A DNA stretch of 64,000 nt from Fidelibacterota bacterium (lineage in GTDB: Bacteria > Fidelibacterota > Marinisomatia > Marinisomatales > Marinisomataceae): positions 128,001 to 192,000 of the forward strand of contig OZ243041.1 in NCBI GenBank assembly GCA_965212055.1, given 5' to 3'. The position numbers and the translations under genes were made by a program. Positions 59,191-64,000 of this stretch are shown here, piece by piece. The first letter of the stretch is position 1. Each line of letters starts with the position of its first letter. The notes under the pieces are model-generated. The model made no database searches, was not told the DNA's origin, and worked only from the letters and a program-made list of their open reading frames with translations.

Positions 59191-61271
59191 TTAAATCTTT
59201 TTTTAAGTCTTTTAAAATTATCTTATATCTATCTTTGCTATTATTAGTTTATTTGATATACCTATCTAGAGATTTACCATCCCTTGAACGATTGGAAACA
59301 TTTGATCCTGCTATGCTATCAACCATTTATGATCGTAATGGTGAAATTATTGGGGAATTCTATATTCAAAAAAGAGTCTTTATTGATTTAGAAGATATGC
59401 CAGAACATTTAAAATATGCAGCAATTTCTTCTGAAGACAAACGTTTTTTCCAACACTGGGGCGTAGATTTACAAAGTGTATTTCGTGCCATCATTGTTAA
59501 TGTCATTTCAATGGAATTCAGACAGGGATTTAGTACACTATCTCAGCAATTAGCACGGAATCTGTATAAAGAGATTGGGTTCAGGGATAGTGTAACGAGA
59601 AAGATAAAGGAAATCATTACTGCTATACAGATTGAGCGAACTTATACTAAACACGAGATCTTAGAAATGTACTTGAATACAGTACATTTTGGGCATGGTA
59701 CGTATGGCGTTGAATCCGCAGCAAAAAGATATTTCAATAAGAAAGCATCAGAATTAACAATTGGCGAATCAGCAATGCTTATCGGATTATTACCGTCTCC
59801 AGCAAATTATTCACCATTAAGAAACTTAAATAAGTCCATTGAAAGACGTTCTATCGTTTTAAAAGTAATGTATAATCAAGACTACATTTCTCACGAAGAA
59901 TATATGGAGCACAACAGTATTATTCCTGACAATATTTCCTATGAAATACCAAAGAGTAAAGCACCTTATTTTACAGAATATGTACGAAGAACATTGGAAA
60001 AAATAGATGAAGAATTAGGAATTAATATTTATCAAGATGGTCTTAAAATTTATACTACTCTTGACTATGGTTTGCAACAAATTGCTGAGGATGTTGTAAT
60101 GAAAACGCTTCGCAATAACCAAGATGAATTTAATAATCAACTGTTTGCTGATAGTGAACGTTTCTCCAAATTGGGTTATTTATCAATTTTTCCAGAAGAT
60201 TCTGTAAAAATGATGCTTAATGGTCAAATGCAATTATATGAGGAATTAAGACAAAATCTATTGGTCCAATGTGCATTTATTGCATTGGACACTAAAAATG
60301 GTGAAATCCTAGCAATGATTGGAGGAAGATCTGATTATGTTGACCAATACAACAGAGCAACACAAGCACAAAGACAACCAGGTTCTGTTTTTAAGCCTTT
60401 TATTTATACAGCTGTTATTGATAATAACTACCCTGTTACTACGCAATTACTGAATCAACCAGTTGCCTTATATAGGAATAATGCAAAAGGTGAAAAAGAA
60501 AAATGGACACCAAGAAATTATGACAATAGTACTGGGGGATTAACAACATTAAGAGAAGGATTAAGAAGATCATTAAATTTAATTTCTGTACGTATGGTTC
60601 AAGAACTTGTCCCTGCACAGCAGGTCAAAAATGTTGCAAAGAGAATGCAAATTAAATCTCCAATTCGTGCTGTTGATGCTCTTGCACTGGGCACTTCAGA
60701 AGTGACCCCAATGGAAATTACTGCTTCTTATTCAATTTTTTCTAATAAAGGAATTTATTCTTCCCCAATTGCAATTACAAAAATTGAAGACAAATATGGA
60801 CAGATCATCAAAGAATTTAGTACAACACAACAAGAAGTACTTAGTCCTGAAACAGCTTATGTAGTAACAAATTTACTACAAACTGTTATTGATAAAGGAA
60901 CAGGAGGAAGTGCAAGATGGAAATACAGATTTAGACATACAGCGGCAGGCAAAACTGGAACAACTCAAAATTGGAGTGATGCATGGTTTGTAGGTTTTAC
61001 CCCTAATATATCTGCTGGAGTTTGGTTTGGAGTAGATCAGTCTCCAATTAGTTTAGGAGAAGGACAATCTGGGACTAAAGCAGCATTACCAGCTTGGGCA
61101 TTATTTATGAAGGAAGCACATAAAAAACTGGGTATTCCAGATGAAGATTTTGTGATGCCAGAAGGAGTAATTGAAATTGAGATAGATGCAGATACAAAGT
61201 TACTTCCAAATTCAAGTACCAAGAAAAGAGAAAAAGAAATTTTCTTTAAAAATAATAAACCTACTAACTAA
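59187..61271 (+). CDS. Class A penicillin-binding protein (PBP1A family)
   Basis: EDKRF, STLSQQL, RKIKE; SVFK, SLN, KTGT. Confidence 0.95.
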   Translation: MIKSFFKSFKIILYLSLLLLVYLIYLSRDLPSLERLETFDPAMLSTIYDRNGEIIGEFYIQKRVFIDLEDMPEHLKYAAISSEDKRFFQHWGVDLQSVFRAIIVNVISMEFRQGFSTLSQQLARNLYKEIGFRDSVTRKIKEIITAIQIERTYTKHEILEMYLNTVHFGHGTYGVESAAKRYFNKKASELTIGESAMLIGLLPSPANYSPLRNLNKSIERRSIVLKVMYNQDYISHEEYMEHNSIIPDNISYEIPKSKAPYFTEYVRRTLEKIDEELGINIYQDGLKIYTTLDYGLQQIAEDVVMKTLRNNQDEFNNQLFADSERFSKLGYLSIFPEDSVKMMLNGQMQLYEELRQNLLVQCAFIALDTKNGEILAMIGGRSDYVDQYNRATQAQRQPGSVFKPFIYTAVIDNNYPVTTQLLNQPVALYRNNAKGEKEKWTPRNYDNSTGGLTTLREGLRRSLNLISVRMVQELVPAQQVKNVAKRMQIKSPIRAVDALALGTSEVTPMEITASYSIFSNKGIYSSPIAITKIEDKYGQIIKEFSTTQQEVLSPETAYVVTNLLQTVIDKGTGGSARWKYRFRHTAAGKTGTTQNWSDAWFVGFTPNISAGVWFGVDQSPISLGEGQSGTKAALPAWALFMKEAHKKLGIPDEDFVMPEGVIEIEIDADTKLLPNSSTKKREKEIFFKNNKPTN

Positions 61272-62614
61272 TTTTTTTTGTCAGCAAGGAATAAGAGTAT
61301 TCCACCTATAATAAATAAAATCATATTTGGCATCCATGAGCCAAATGTTGGATCCAAAAGATTTCTATCTGCTAATTGTTCTCCCCATATTAATAAAATA
61401 TAATACACAAGAAAGAATACAATACTTAACCCGGATGCAATCGTAATTCCCCCTTTTCTAACCAAGATTCCAAGAGGAGCACCAGTCATTGCAAATAAAA
61501 GACAGGCAAATGCAAGGGTAAATTTTTTGTGAATTTCTACAAGATATTTGTTGTTTGTTTTTTTATAGTTTGAAATCAACATAAATTCATTTTCTAATTG
61601 TCTAGAGATATTATTAAATGATTGTAATTTTTCTTTCTTTTCATGTTCAGAGATAGAAATATCATCTCGATAAATTTTTTCAGCTGTTATTTGTTTATTA
61701 TTTTCTTTGAGAACTTCAATAGCCATCAAGACGTTATCTAAATTCATCTCTTTCTTCCATTGAATTCCATGATTATCCAATAACGTTTTTATTCTTTCAT
61801 CGATTTGAGCCATATATTGTTTATTTTTTCCAATTTTTTCAATCATCTGTGCTACTTTCATCTCGCGGTCTGTCCGAATGGAGTCACTACTTCTATTTAA
61901 CAGTAAATCATCTATAGAGATAGTAATTTGATGTGTAGAAAATTTGATTTTTCTATAATGATTATAATCTTCCAGATCAATTTCATGCATTTCCCCATTT
62001 TCCAAATCTAAGATTATAATATCTTGATTAGATGTTAGTTTTCCCTTCTCAGCATAGATTGTTGTTTGTTCGGATCCGGCACTTTTACTAAAGATTTTTA
62101 CATCTTTGAATTCATTTCCCTCCATTTCCCTTACAATCATGCTATATTGTGGAATAGTATTAATAAAATATCCTGGTTCAATCGTCAGTTCAGGTTTTTT
62201 TTGGTAAATGTCTTTTGCAAGCAAACGAGCATGGTAATTCATATCAGGAAGCACAAAATTATTAAACAAACAAAGCAGTAAGCCAATTAATCCACCAAAT
62301 AAGACAGCAGGCTTAATAATACTAAAGACGCTTACTCCTGCTGCTTTTAATGCCGTGATTTCATTGTCTTGGGACATTCTCCCGTAGGTCATTACCGTTG
62401 AGATTAACAATGACATAGGAACTGATAATGCAATAATCCAAGCTAAGTTTAGATATAAATATTCGAGAATAATCCATACATCTAATCCCTTTCCTAAAAA
62501 GCGATCAACCGCTCTAATAAGAAATTGCAAAAATAGTACCATTGTTATTACCCCTAATGATAATAAGAATGGAATCAACGATTCTTTAATTAGATATTTA
62601 TTTAATGTGCTCAT
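61268..62614 (-). CDS. lptF: LPS export ABC permease LptF/LptG family
   Basis: NEITALKAAG, EIHKKF..AFAC..F...GAPLG; helical periplasmic insertion. Confidence 0.85.
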   Translation of the reverse strand: MSTLNKYLIKESLIPFLLSLGVITMVLFLQFLIRAVDRFLGKGLDVWIILEYLYLNLAWIIALSVPMSLLISTVMTYGRMSQDNEITALKAAGVSVFSIIKPAVLFGGLIGLLLCLFNNFVLPDMNYHARLLAKDIYQKKPELTIEPGYFINTIPQYSMIVREMEGNEFKDVKIFSKSAGSEQTTIYAEKGKLTSNQDIIILDLENGEMHEIDLEDYNHYRKIKFSTHQITISIDDLLLNRSSDSIRTDREMKVAQMIEKIGKNKQYMAQIDERIKTLLDNHGIQWKKEMNLDNVLMAIEVLKENNKQITAEKIYRDDISISEHEKKEKLQSFNNISRQLENEFMLISNYKKTNNKYLVEIHKKFTLAFACLLFAMTGAPLGILVRKGGITIASGLSIVFFLVYYILLIWGEQLADRNLLDPTFGSWMPNMILFIIGGILLFLADKKN

Positions 62615-62693
62615 CCTGAATACTTAAAAATTTAACTCTACTTGTTTAAAAAGATAAACTATAATAAGTTTCCACGCTTAAATTTAAGCCAAT

Positions 62694-62768
62694 GGTGGAT
62701 GTAGCTCAGTTGGTTAGAGCCCCGGCTTGTGGAGCCGGCTGTCGTGGGTTCGAGTCCCATCATCCACC
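62694..62768 (+). tRNA. tRNA-His(GTG)
   Basis: G-1 plus GTGGATG/CATCCAC stem, C73, CCGGC-TTGTGGA-GCCGG anticodon arm; CCA not encoded. Confidence 0.97.
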
Positions 62769-62772
62769 CGTT

Positions 62773-62847
62773 CGGGGTGTAGCGTAGTCCGGTTAGCGCA
62801 CCTGCTTTGGGAGCAGGGGGTCGGAGGTTCAAATCCTCTCACCCCGA
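62773..62847 (+). tRNA. tRNA-Pro(TGG)
   Basis: CGGGGTG/CACCCCG acceptor stem, CCTGC-TTTGGGA-GCAGG; CCA not encoded. Confidence 0.97.
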
Positions 62848-62887
62848 CAAAGTAATTTCTTTCGCGAGAAAACATCAAAATAATAAG

Positions 62888-62912
62888 AGGACTACTTCGG
62901 TAGTCCTTTTTT
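62888..62912 (+). terminator. Intrinsic terminator of the tRNA-His/Pro operon
   Basis: AGGACTAC-TTCG-GTAGTCCT followed by a T-run. Confidence 0.9.
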
Positions 62913-62944
62913 ATGTATATTTTGTATAATAGAAAGGGAATAGA

Positions 62945-63145
62945 ATGAAATTAATAAACAAAAAAATAATGGTTCTTATTACAATATCTATATTTGCTAT
63001 TAGTTCTTGTGCATCTGGCGGGTGGTCAAAAGCTGATAAAGATGCATTTCTAGATGAATGTGTAACAGGAGCAGAAGGTACCTTATCATCATCAGAAGCA
63101 AAAAGATACTGTAATTGTGTTCTTAATGACTTAATGGGATTATGA
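62945..63145 (+). CDS. Small Cys-containing lipoprotein, probably 3'-truncated
   Basis: AGGGA SD, lipobox ISSC, W...D...F...C...YC.C pattern; early TGA. Confidence 0.6.
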   Translation: MKLINKKIMVLITISIFAISSCASGGWSKADKDAFLDECVTGAEGTLSSSEAKRYCNCVLNDLMGL

Positions 63146-63624
63146 TTCCTGATGCTTTAAGTCTGATCTTTATTCATATGCACTTGAGTTATAAAGTTGG
63201 AATGGTTAGGAAAAAAATAAATCTATATTTTTCAAGTAATGTAACAAGTGGAAAAATTGGCTGCTGGAGATAAAGTAGGTGCTCAAGAAGCTGCTTCAAC
63301 AGACTAATCTGCTAGGTAATAATTTCATATTTTATACTATGGTCAGTATCAACCTTATTGCTCTGGTATTGAAAAAATTTTTACTGCTACTCTTGTTTAT
63401 TTTGCTAATCAAAAAATTCCTTTTCAGGAAACGCTGTGTCACCTGTTCTAATTTCAGATACTTTATCATTCCTTATAAAAGATCTATTTAGGAAGAATTC
63501 AAGAAAGTAGAATTATTAGATGGAGAGTAATAATTTTTGAATCATTTAACACCTTTTAAGGAAGTTAAATTAAAAAACGTCAATATGGCTAACAGATTAT
63601 TATTTTGAAGTATGTACATAAAGA

Positions 63625-64000
63625 CACTTTCTTGATCGCGGCAATCCAGGGAAAATTTATACCAAGGCATAAGAAAAATAGAGAGTGACTATCTTCGGAA
63701 GTCCTTTTATGTATGAAAGAGATATATTTTGTATGGAGTAATTGCAAAAGGGAATAGAGCATGGAAATTAATAAACAAAATGAAATAATGGTTCTTGAAC
63801 ATATTATGGTAAAAATAAAAATTATCAATCATTTGCTAGCTGAAGCAGAAAGTTCTATGTGCATTAATTCAATTTGGCATATTACCAACTAAGCTACACT
63901 CCTGAGATTTCTGATGAACTGTAAGTTATTGGGTTTTTTTAATGGAAAAGGCTGATAAAGATGCATTTCTGGGATGAATGTGTAACAGGAAGATAGAAAG
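63625..64000 (+). repeat. Degenerate, insertion-rich direct copy of about 62857-63075
   Basis: Colinear blocks: CTTCGG-AGTCCTTTT, TATATTTTGTAT, AAAGGGAATAGA, GAAATTAATAAACAAAA, AAATAATGGTTCTT, GCTGATAAAGATGCATTTCT, GATGAATGTGTAACAGGA. Confidence 0.85.

Noticed and set aside
3422..62281. Numerous 60-137-aa ORFs nested in or antisense to clear genes (e.g. 10345-10668, 29821-30234, 51055-51459, 53110-53490)
   Set aside because: Fully overlap well-supported genes and show no recognisable motifs
63143..63145. TGA as selenocysteine or recoded stop in the small lipoprotein
   Set aside because: No SECIS-like hairpin follows and TGA is an ordinary stop elsewhere (etfB, korB)
63279..63828. ORFs 63279-63491 (+) and 63589-63828 (-)
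   Set aside because: Lie in degraded or duplicated sequence; no motifs or convincing translation signals
1..64000. CRISPR arrays, rRNA, transposases, prophage or defence genes
   Set aside because: No regularly spaced repeats or recognisable genes of these classes were seen

Overview
AT-rich, extremely gene-dense bacterial window. Gene content (SprA, Bacteroidota/Chlorobi-type LptD and LptF, KorAB, split methylmalonyl-CoA mutase, ThyX) suggests a streamlined FCB-superphylum organism, most plausibly Ca. Marinimicrobia; this is inference, no search was run. Most of it is housekeeping: LPS transport, lipid/acyl-CoA metabolism, an FTR1 iron permease with a Fur-like box, an RND pump, rplU-rpmA-mdh, rne, etfBA with a FadF/EMO-type oxidoreductase, sufBCDETS, korAB-fumC-PBP1A and three tRNAs. 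Most notable: (i) a SprA (T9SS translocon-like) operon with a glutaminyl-cyclase-like lipoprotein and a secreted RMDN/FAM82-like TPR protein, while several secreted proteins have Gln right after the signal peptide; (ii) a 3-keto-glycoside-type oxidation/elimination sugar-utilisation locus; (iii) a candidate pseudoknotted ncRNA upstream of etfB; (iv) recurrent leaderless-type promoters and divergent genes sharing a CATG; (v) an OstA-LptD fusion absent from the ORF track. Two single-base frameshifts and an insertion-riddled duplicate at the right edge probably reflect long-read errors. No CRISPR array, rRNA, transposase or integrase was seen.
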